From NCBI GenBank assembly GCA_964016885.1, contig OZ024741.1:284146001-284210000 (forward strand): a stretch of 64,000 nt of DNA. Reading direction: 5' to 3'. A model generated the notes under the pieces. That model worked only from the letters and a program-made list of their open reading frames with translations, had not been told where the DNA came from and did not search any database. Source of the DNA: Eledone cirrhosa. Taxonomy: Eukaryota. Made by a program: the position numbers and the translations under genes. Within the stretch, counting starts at the first letter, position 1, and each line of letters begins with the position of its first letter. Of this stretch, positions 53,418 through 64,000 are shown in pieces.

Positions 53418-55515
53418 TCCACACATACATACAAGGAAGGATATCATTCATACAGAGACAGTGCTCTTCTCTCTCACACACACACACACATCCACACATA
53501 CATACAAGGAAGGATATCATTCATACAGAGACAGTGCTCTTCTCTCACACACACACACACACACACACACACATCCACACATACATACAAGGAAGGATAT
53601 CATTCATACAGAGATAGTGCTCTTCACTCTCACACACACACACACATACATACAAGGAAGGATATCATTCATACAGAGATAGTGCTCTTCTCTCTCACAC
53701 ACACACACACACACATCCACACATACATACAAGGAAGGATATCATTCATACAGAGATAGTGCTCTTCTCTCTCACACACACACACACACATCCACACATA
53801 CATATAAGGAAGGATATCATTCATACAGAGATAGTGCCCTTCTCTCTCACACACACACACACACACATACATACAAGGAGGGATATCATTCATACAGAGA
53901 TAGTGCTCTTCTCTCACACACACACACACACATCCACACATACATACAAGGAAGGATATCATTCATACTGAGATAGTGCTCTTCTCTCTCACACACACAC
54001 ACACATCCACACATACATACAAGGAAGGATATCATTCATACAGAGATAGTGCTCTTCTCTCTCACACACACACACACATCCACACATACATACAAGGAAG
54101 GATATCATTCATACAGAGATAGTGCTCTTCTCTCACACACACACACACACATCCACACATACATACAAGGAAGGATATCATTCATACAGAGATAGTGCTC
54201 TTCTCTCAAACGCACACACACATCCACACATACATACAAGGAAGGATATCATTCATACAGAGATAGTGCTCTTCTCTCTCACACACACACACACATCCAC
54301 ACATACATACAAGGAAGGATATCATTCATACAGAGATAGTGCTCTTCTCTCACACACACACACACACATCCACACATACATACAAGGAAGGATATCATTC
54401 ATACAGAGATAGTGCTCTTCTCTCTCACACACACACACACATCCACACATACATACAAGGAAGGATATCATTCATACAGAGATAGTGCTCTTCTCTCTCT
54501 CACACACACACACATCCACACATACATACAAGGAAGGATATCATTCATACAGAGATAGTGCTCTTCTCTCTCACACACACACACACATCCACACATACAT
54601 ACAAGGAAGGATATCATTCATACAGAGATAGTGCTCTTCTCTCACACACACACACACACATCCACACATACATACAAGGAAGGATATCATTCATACAGAG
54701 ATAGTGCTCTTCTCTCACACACACACACACACATCCACACATACATACAAGGAAGGATATCATTCATACAGAGATAGTGCTCTTCTCTCTCACACACACA
54801 CACACATCCACACATACATACAAGGAAGGATATCATTCATACAGAGATAGTGCTCTTCTCTCTCACACACACACACACATCCACACATACATACAAGGAA
54901 GGATGTCATTCATACAGAGATAGTGCTCTTCTCTCACACACACACACACACATCCACACATACATACAAGGAAGGATATCATTCATACAGAGATAGTGCT
55001 CTTCTCTCACACACACACACACACATCCACACATACATACAAGGAAGGATATCATTCATACAGAGATAGTGCTCTTCTCACACACACACACACACACATC
55101 CACACATCTATACAAGGAAGGATATCATTCATACAGAGATAGTGCTCTTCTCTCTCACACACACACACACACACACCCACAGATACATACAAGGAAGGAT
55201 ATCATTCATACAGAGATAGTGCTCTTCTCACACACACACACATCCACACATACATACAAGTAAGGATATCATTCATACAGAGATAGTGCTCTTCTCTCTC
55301 TCACACACACACACACATCCACACATACATACAAGGAAGGATATCATTCATACAGAGATAGTGCTCTTCTCTCACACACACATACACACACATCCACACA
55401 TACATACAAGGAAGGATATCATTCATACAGAGATAGTGCTCTTCTCTCTCTCACACACACACACATCCACACATACATACAAGGAAGGATATCATTCATA
55501 CAGAGACAGTGCTCT

Positions 55516-55547
<32 letters not shown>

Positions 55548-56450
55548 ATACATACAAGGAAGGATATCATTCATACAGAGACAGTGCTCTTCTCTCTCAC
55601 ACACACACACACACATCCACACACACATACAAGGAAGGATATCATTCATACAGAGATAGTGCTCTTCTCTCTCACACACACACACATCCACACATACATA
55701 TAAGGAAGGATATCATTCATACAGAGATAGTGCTCTTCTCTCACACACACACACACACATCCACACATACATACAAGGAAGGATATCATTCATACAGAGA
55801 TCGTGCTCTTCTCTCTCACACACACACACATCCACACATACATATAAGGAAGGATATCATTCATACAGAGATAGTGCTCTTCTCTCTCACACACACACAC
55901 ATCCACACATACATATAAGGAAGGATATCATTCATACAGAGATAGTGCTCTTCTCTCACACACACACACACACATACATACATACAAGGAAGGATATCAT
56001 TCATACAGAGATCGTGCTCTTCTCTCTCACACACACACACATCCACACATACATATAAGGAAGGATATCATTCATACAGAGATAGTGCTCTTCTCTCTCA
56101 CACACACACACATCCACACATACATATAAGGAAGGATATCATTCATACAGAGATAGTGCTCTTCTCTCACACACACACACACACATCCACACATACATAC
56201 AAGGAAGGATATCATTCATACAGAGATCGTGCTCTTCTCTCTCACACACACACACATCCACACATACATACAAGGAAGGATATCATTCATACAGAGATCG
56301 TGCTCTTCTCTCTCACACACACACACACATCCACACATACATATAAGGAAGGATATCATTCATACAGAGATAGTGCTCTTCTCTCTCACACACACACACA
56401 TCCACACATACATATAAGGAAGGATATCATTCATACAGAGATAGTGCTCT

Positions 56451-56481
<31 letters not shown>

Positions 56482-58594
56482 TCCACACATCCATACAAGG
56501 AAGGATATCATTCATACAGTGATAGTGCTCTTCTCTCTCTCACACACACACACACATCCACACATCCATACAAGGAAGGATATCATTCATACAGTGATAG
56601 TGCTCTTCTCTCTCACACACACACACATCCACACATACATACAAGGAAGGATATCATTCATACAGAGATAGTGCTCTTCTCTCTCACACACATACACACA
56701 CATCCACACATACATACCAGGAAGGATATCATTCATACAGAGACAGTGCTCTTCTCTCTCACACACATACACACACACATATAAGGAAGGATATCATTCA
56801 TACAGAGACAGTGCTCTTCTCTCTCACACACATACACACACACATATAAGGAAGGATATCATTCATACAGAGATAGTGCTCTTCTCTCTCACACACATAC
56901 ACACACACATCCACACATCCATACAAGGAAGGATATCATTCATACAGAGATAGTGCTCTTCTCTCTCACACACACACACATCCACACATACATACCAGGA
57001 AGGATATCATTCATACAGAGACAGTGCTCTTCTCTCTCACACACATACACACACACATATAAGGAAGGATATCATTCATACAGAGACAGTGCTCTTCTCT
57101 CTCACACACATACACACACACATATAAGGAAGGATATCATTCATACAGAGATAGTGCTCTTCTCTCTCACACACATACACACACACATCCACACATACAT
57201 GCAAGGAAGGATATCATTCATACAGAGACAGTGCTCTTCTCTCTCACACACATACACACATACATACAAGGAAGGATATCATTCATACAGAGACAGTGCT
57301 CTTCTCTCTCACACACACACACATCCACACATCCACACATACATACAAGGAAGGATATCATTCATACAGAGACAGTGCTCTTCTCTCTCACACACACACA
57401 CATCCACACATACATACAAGGAAGGATATCATTCATACAGTGATAGTGCTCTTCTCACACACACACACACATCCACACATACATACAAGGAAGGATATCA
57501 TTCATACAGAGATAGTGCTCTTCTCTCTCTCACACACACACACACCCACACATACATACAAGGAAGGATATCATTCATACAGAGATAGTGCCCTTCTCTC
57601 TCACACACACACATCCACACATACATACAAGGAAGGATATCATTCATACAGAGATAGTGCTCTTCTCACACACACACACACATCCACACATACATACAAG
57701 GAAGGATATCATTCATACAGAGATAGTGCTCTTCTCTCTCTCACACACACACACACCCACACATACATACAAGGAAGGATATCATTCATACAGAGATAGT
57801 GCCCTTCTCTCTCACACACACACATCCACACATACATACAAGGAAGGATATCATTCATACAGAGATAGTGCCCTTCTCTCTCACACACACACATCCACAC
57901 ATACATACAAGGAAGGATATCATTCATACAGAGATAGTGCTCTTCTCTCTCTCTCTCACACACACACATCCACACATACATACAAGGAAGGATATCATTC
58001 ATACAGAGATAGTGCTCTTCTCTCTCACACACACACACACACACACACCCACACACATACATACAAGGAAGGATATCATTCATACAGAGATAGTGCTCTT
58101 CTCTCTCTCACACACACCCACATCCACACATACATACAAGGAAGGATATCATTCATACAGAGATAGTGCTCTTCTCTCACACACACACACACACATCCAC
58201 ACATACACACATACATACAAGGAAGGATATCATTCATACAGAGATAGTGCTCTTCTCTCTCACACACACACATCCACACATACATACAAGGAAGGATATC
58301 ATTCATACAGAGATAGTGCTCTTCTCTCTCACACACACACATCCACACATACATACAAGGAAGGATATCATTCATACAGAGATAGTGCTCTTCTCTCTCA
58401 CACACACACACATCCACACATACATACAAGGAAGGATATCATTCATACAGAGATAGCGCTCTTCTCTCTCACACACACACACACATCCACACATACATAC
58501 AAGGAAGGATATCATTCATACAGAGATAGTGCTCTTCTCTCTCACACACACACACATCCACACATACATACAAGGAAGGATATCATTCATTCAT
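20724..58594. repeat. Satellite DNA array, monomer mostly ~69-81 bp (mode 73-75), roughly 500 copies
   Basis: Consensus ACAAGGAAGGATATCATTCATACAGAGATAGTGCTCTTC(TC)n(AC)nATCCACACATACAT repeated head-to-tail for ~37.9 kb; copy number estimated from length/74. Confidence 0.99.
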
Positions 58595-58826
58595 TCTTCT
58601 TCCTCTTCTTCTTCTGCTTCTTCTTCTTCTTCTTCTTCCTTTTCTTCTTCTTCTTCTTCTTCTTCTTCTTCTTCTTCTTCTTCTTCTTCTTCTTCTTCTT
58701 CTTCTTTTCTTCTTCTTCTTCTTCTTCTTCTTCTTCTTCTTCTTCTTCTTCTTCTTCTTCTTCTTCTTCTTCTTCTTCTTCTTCTTCTTCTTCTTCTTCT
58801 TCTTCTTCTTCTTCTTCTTCTTCTTC
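58595..58826. repeat. (TTC)n trinucleotide tract, i.e. the (GAA)n 3' tail of the adjacent minus-strand LINE
   Basis: ~230 bp of TTC with few interruptions, directly downstream of the LINE 3' UTR. Confidence 0.92.
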
Positions 58827-58967
58827 TAGAAGACCAGAGAAGATGACTGCTGCAATCTTCAGACACAGTTCTACAAGAGGAACAGTACTACTAGTAATTT
58901 TGCTAACACTGTCAATCTGCATGAAAAGAGGTAAGAACCCATATGGTAAATGTTTAACCTTATATAT

Positions 58968-59987
58968 CTAAGGCGGGTAAAATTCCCGAGATCCATGGAC
59001 GAGTTCTCTCCAGCGGTCTCTGTCCCTCATTATCGCTGCCATATCCTGCATCTCCAACAGACCAGTGTCTGTCCTTAGGGCATCAACATATGTTAACCTT
59101 GGTCTTCCTCTTCTAGTGTGTCCATGTAGGGGCTCCCAAAGGAGCACTGAGTGCAATGTCAACTCTGGATGTCGGTGAGCATGTCCAGCCAACCTCAGTC
59201 TCCTCTGTGTCACTTTTGAGCTGACTTTTGGGATGCTCCCATACAGCTCTGAGTTTTTCATCCTCAGTGTATACTGATTAATGTTCAGAGCCATCCTCAG
59301 CATTCTCGTGTAGCACCCATCCACCATCTGAGTGAGTCTCTTGGTCAGTGTCCAAGTCTCAGACCCATACAGCAGCACAGACTCCACTACAGCAATGAAG
59401 AGGCGGATTTTCAGGTCTCCACGAAGGTCCGACTTCCACACCGATCTCAAGCTGTGACACGCCGCCCAGGCCTTGCTCTTCCTCTCAACCACATCATCTT
59501 CCGTATTCCCAATCTTTGCTCCCAAATACAGGAAGTCCTCAACCAATTCCAGCGGCTTCCCGCCTACATTAGTGATCCCCTCTGGCTTCTCAACATTCTC
59601 TATCAGATATTTTGTTTTAGTCTCATTCATTCTCAGCCCCACACTCATCGACACAGTCTCAACCTCCCGCATCAAATCCTCTGCCTCCTTCACTGTATTT
59701 GTCACCAAAACTATGTCGTCGGCAAATTCAGCATCCGATACCTTTTTCGCCCCAACTCTCCTGCTCTGAGCCGGTGCTACAGTAAAGCCAGTGTCCTGGT
59801 GTTTCTCCAGTGCAAGGCGCATACAATAGTCCACTACGATGATAAAAAGGTAGGGAGCCAATGTATCTCCCTGGAGCACTCCAGCCAGTATCTCAAAGAA
59901 CTCTGTCATCCCATCAGGTGTAATGACTTGGGCTTTGGTGTTGGTGTAGAGCAGTGATATCAGGTCCACTATCCTCTTGGGGATGCC
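58968..59987 (-). pseudogene. RT 3' half of RTE family 2 (non-inverted segment)
   Basis: ORF 58968..60014; its first residues derive from the antisense of the inverted part. Confidence 0.9.
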
Positions 59988-60282
59988 AAAGAAGGGAGAT
60001 CTCTCTAACACCAACAGCTACCGGGGGATCTCACTGACGTCACTTGTGGCAAAGACCCTCAACAGGATGATTCTTAACAGGATCCAGCCTGAGATGGAGA
60101 AGAAGCTCAGGGACAACCAGAACGGCTTCAGAGAGGGTAGATCAACCACCAGTCACATCCTGATGCTGAGGAGGATATTAGAGGGAGCTAGAGCAAAGTG
60201 CCTTCCTGCGGTCATGGTTTTCATTGACTTTAGGAAGGCCTTTGATTCTGTGGACCGTTACTGCCTGATGAAGATCTTACAG

Positions 60283-60285
<3 letters not shown>
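59986..60285 (+). pseudogene. RT N-terminal half of RTE family 2 (inverted segment)
   Basis: PKKGDLSNTNSYRGISL..QNGFREGRST..FIDFRKAFDSVDRYCLMKILQT. Confidence 0.9.

Positions 60286-60286
<1 letters not shown>

Positions 60287-60330
<44 letters not shown>
60287..60330. repeat. Pure (TA)n tract
   Basis: Direct inspection. Confidence 0.97.
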
Positions 60331-60333
<3 letters not shown>

Positions 60334-61881
60334 ATAATAATAAATGTGAAGACTAAAATCCGAAGAGGGCTCGATAAGGATAATATATATATAAATAAAT
60401 AAAACACTGTAGAGCAAATATTTATTAAAATAATAGATTAAAGTTTAAGCAAAGAATTGCTGCTTTCACCCTTAACGGGATCTTCTGAAACAAAAAAAAA
60501 AACAACAAAAAACAATCTGTGGATGCAGAAGTAAATATTTAGAAAAACGTTTCAACTGAAGGAAAACAGGAAGACGATACTTTGGTTCGTGATGACGTTC
60601 CCTGGCAATGAACGGGAAAAAAGCGAGGATAATTACGCCGTTATGTGGAGCGGTGAGAACAATTTTACGCAAAGACAAAAAAAACAAAACCACGTTTATG
60701 GTATAAATGGAGTCATTAGACTAACTAGCAGAAATACCTCCCTTCGCGTGGTTTTCTGCTAGCATGTGTAGTGTGCATATTTATATTATATGCAAATATA
60801 CATGCATGTAGATATGATATCTATATATATAAAACAGAAGATGTCTGTCTGTCTGTTTGTGTAACCGCATGCATTTCTACATTTTACAGCCGATTTGCCC
60901 CTTCGACTTATCTATTGACGTTCACATTAACACTGTATTAGTACCAGATAACTTTTGAAGTTTACGTTCGATCTTCGTTTTCACTTTCAAAACAACAATC
61001 ATCGTCGGATGAAATTTCAGAAATGTAAACATCTGATTCATTTGAAGATAAATCACTAATATTATCTTTTGTTTCTTGTTTATTCTGAATGTCGTCGTGT
61101 GTAAAAACTTCAAAGTCGGTATCGCTACTTTCATAAGCCATGTTGATACAAACAAAAAATCTGTTCTACTTTTAACGTTAAAAAAACACGTGTTGTTTTA
61201 AGTTGTTTCACTATATTAAGTGTTAATTTTCGCGGTAAGGGCCTAATCTCGCAGTAATCTCGAATTGACGAGATTTTGATGACGGTATTATTTCTTTTTA
61301 GAACGATATTTAAGTGTGGGTGTTACGGCCGGTTTTTTAGGGGGGGGGGGGGTTGAACAAATGAAGAGGAAATAATTTCGGCCGGTTTGAACACTAAATG
61401 GTTAAAGTAGGTTTAGTTAATGTATTTATGGTCATAAGGTTCCAGTTTATCATGCTGTGATTTTTCGGCCATTTTTGCCTGTATCCTTTCAATGGTTAGT
61501 ACTTACTTATTGCTATGTTCGAACTGAACGAACACACTGACACTACCTACCACTGTAGCCACACTATTTAATTTCCTTTATCACAGGTAGTCCGTATGCT
61601 GAGTTGCCCCTAACTTAAAACCTAAAATTTGACTGGTACACATACCCAATTTCTCAGACCACAGATTTATCACATTTTTTCACAATTTATATCCGTGTTT
61701 AGATTTGCTTACTTAAACGTTATTTGTCCACTATTTATCGTTCTCCCTGGTTAATTTTCTAAAAACAATGCCCCCCAAGAAAAGAGCTTTCATTGGTCGA
61801 TTATCTAATGACGTAAGTAGGTCTAAGCGAAGGCGTCTCACCGAAGATGTAAATGCAACTGCGATCAGGCTCTCACAGAAT

Positions 61882-62220
61882 GCTGTGCAGACGGCAGCTG
61901 CAAGAGCGGAGAAGGATGACAGTCGACGTGAACTTCGACGGAACAAAAGTGCTGCCGCGACTGCTGCTGCTCGCGCACGAGAGGGTGAAGGACGACGTGC
62001 CATTCGACGTAGCAGGGACGCCGCTGCAACACTCGCTGCTCGCGCTCGAGAGGATGAAGGACGACGCGCCGTTCGACAAAGCAGGGACACCACTGCAACA
62101 TCCGCTGCTCGCGCACGAGAGGATGAAGGATGACGCGCCGTTCGACAAAGCAGGGACGCCAGTTCCACTGCTGCTGCACGAAATACTGAAACCATAGAGC
62201 AACGACGTGGCCGACTTCTG
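61882..62220 (+). repeat. 69-bp coding tandem repeat (23-aa units)
   Basis: AAATAAARAREGEGRRAIRRSRD / AAATLAARAREDEGRRAVRQSRD / TTATSAARAREDEG*RAVRQSRD / ASSTAAARNTETIEQRRGRL. Confidence 0.85.
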
Positions 62221-63416
62221 CAAAGTGAACAGCGGCGATCATCGTTACGTGGCATTTCTAGGACTTGCAATTCACGATGGTTGTTGAAGGCCTTTAACTA
62301 CGACCCCTCCTGCGACTACGCCGTCCATGCAGATATTCAAATTGGGGAAATGACCTCTACTTGCCAGTTTTGTTGTACGAAAAAGTGGCCAGGGGAGAGA
62401 GATGGAATGTGCTGTTCAAACGGTAAAGTTAGATTACCTCCTATTCACGACCCTCCAGAGACATTGTAACTCCTTTTGACAGACGCGACAGATATTACGA
62501 AGTTTCTGCGTAATATCCGCCGCTACAATTTCGCATTTCAGATGACATCCTTCGGAGCAAAGCTTGCCTTGGAACGTGGGTTCATGCCAACTTTCAAGGT
62601 CCAGGGGTAGATCTACTACTTGATTAGATCTATTCAGCCTCTGGCAGAAAAGGATCCTCAATTTCTTCAGTTATACTTCGCTGGAAACTATCAGGAGCAG
62701 GCAGAGATGCGAAATTCTATTTCGTCCGAAACTAACATTGGAACCATAATAAAACTTCAAGAAATGCTTCATGACAAAAACAGCTATGTTCGCAGTTTCA
62801 AGTACACTTTGGAAACAGCCACCGACCCAAACTTTAGTGTGGTCATACATGCTGACCGAAGGCCATCTGGAGAACACGCTGGTCGGTTCAACGCACCAAC
62901 ATGTAATGAGATTGCTGCGGTTATTTCTGGTGAACAGCACAACAAGAGAGATATCATTCTAAAGCACCGAGACAGCCCATTACAGCGTATCAATGAGACA
63001 CACAGGTCCTACGATGCACTCCAGTATCCATTGCTATTTGTCAACGGCGAGGACGGTTACCATTTCGGCATTCCTCAACATTCGGCAGGAAATGGTGAGG
63101 CACATCTTAGCAAAACTGTCACCTGCATGGATTTCTACGCTTTCCTATGTATGGTAAGGGACAATTCATTCAACCATCTACACCGTTCTTGGGACCTTTT
63201 CCAACAATTTGTTGTTGATATGGCCGTTAAAATGGAGTCCGAGAGATTATGGTTCATTAAATTAAATCAAAAGAAACTTCGATCTGAATGCTACATTCAT
63301 CTACGCGATGGAATTAACAACGACGTATCCCCAGACAATTTAGGGCAAGTGTGTATTTTGCCTTCAACGTTCACAGGGGGAGCCCGATACATGCACGAGA
63401 GGACTCAGGACGCCAT

Positions 63417-63477
63417 GACCTACGTACGACATTATGGGCGCCCCGACCTACGTACGACATTATGGGCGCCCCGACCT
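63417..63477 (+). repeat. Exact 28-bp tandem duplication causing a frameshift
   Basis: GACCTACGTACGACATTATGGGCGCCCC x2 followed by GACCT. Confidence 0.95.
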
Positions 63478-64000
63478 TTTCATAACGTTTACATGCAATC
63501 CCAAGTGGAAGGAGATTACAAACGAACTGTTCCACGGTCAAGCGCCAAGACACAGGCACAATCTCATAGCAAGAGTGTTTCGCCTGAAATTATCCAAATT
63601 AATGGATTTATTAAAGAAAGGACAGGTTTTTGGGCCTGTCAGGTGCGACATGTACACGGTTGAATGGCAGAAACGAGGCCTACCGCATGCCCATATCTTG
63701 ATTTGGTTGGTTACAAAAATCAGTTCAAACTACATCGACAAATTCATTTCTGCCGAACTACCTGATCTATCGATTGACAAGGACCTCTTCTTTATAGTCA
63801 CATCAAACATGGTCCATGGTCCTTGCGGACATGGACTCAATATGAAGTCCCCGTGCATACACGACGGAAAGTGTACAAAACGAAATCCCAGGCCGTTTTT
63901 ACAGAAAACACAGACTGGCGGTGACGGATATCCGTTGTATAGGCGCAGGAGACAAGAAGACGGTGGGTTCACAGCAAAAGTTGGTGAACGCGAAATCGAC

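Larger units (their letters stand above)
58595..60286 (-). mobile_element. RTE-group LINE, family 2, 5'-truncated with inverted 5' segment
   Basis: Minus 58968-59987 encodes GIPKRIV..GVLQGDTLAPYLF..FADD..FLYLG..LLYGSETW..RLRLAGH..GRP; plus 59986-60285 encodes the immediately preceding RT segment. Confidence 0.92.
60820..64000 (+). mobile_element. Helitron rolling-circle transposon (5' part; continues beyond window)
   Basis: Candidate 5' end A|TCTATATATATAAAA followed by GTCTGTCTGTCTGT, typical of animal Helitron termini, with RepHel coding sequence downstream. The exact 5' boundary is inferred. Confidence 0.85.
61768..64000 (+). pseudogene. Helitron RepHel pseudogene (STPR-like repeats, Zn finger, helitron-like N domain, HUH Rep)
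   Basis: ORFs 61768, 62281 and 62620 share one frame broken by stops at 62131, 62467 and 62608. Motifs include CQFC..CCSNGKVRLP, YDALQYPLLF and ILPSTFTGGARYM. After a 28-bp duplication frameshift come DLFITFTCNPKWKEI, YTVEWQKRGLPHAHILIW, MVHGPCG and DGYPLYRRR. Confidence 0.93.

Noticed and set aside
20724-58594. CRISPR-like look (constant ~40-bp repeat with variable spacer)
   Set aside because: The spacers are only (TC)n(AC)n length variants, there are no cas genes, and the context is eukaryotic.
58529-58922. Poly-Ser/Leu/Glu/Lys/Arg ORFs
   Set aside because: Translations of the (TTC)n tract.
20806-58971. Hundreds of His/Thr-rich or Cys/Val-rich ORFs
   Set aside because: Translations of the satellite with constant frameshifting from dinucleotide slippage.
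61339-61352. Poly-G run in the Helitron 5' region
   Set aside because: A simple homopolymer with no supporting context.
61731-62270. 179-aa minus-strand ORF
   Set aside because: Antisense shadow of the GC-rich 69-bp coding repeats.

Overview
Eukaryotic, gene-free repetitive DNA, probably from a cephalopod such as Octopus (inferred from the repeat families and SINE-like LINE tails, not proven). Bases 1-20.4 kb are a (TA)n-derived compound microsatellite field into which several retroelements have inserted. These are four 5'-truncated copies of one RTE-clade LINE with a (GAT)n tail and a C4HC3 PHD-like finger inside its RT, a Penelope-like (Naiad-type) GIY-YIG element folded back into a ~1.57-kb near-perfect inverted repeat carrying a variant minimal hammerhead ribozyme, a CR1/L2-type LINE fragment, and two copies of a non-autonomous bipartite RTE derivative. 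A 99-bp perfect palindrome abuts a 200-N gap. Bases 20.7-58.6 kb are a ~74-bp satellite array with a constant core, a variable (TC)n(AC)n segment and higher-order duplications. The array ends at the (GAA)n tail of a second RTE family whose 5' part is inverted (twin-priming geometry). A decayed Helitron (STPR-like repeats, Zn finger, HUH Rep motifs) runs off the right end. Nearly all listed ORFs are artefacts of low-complexity repeats.
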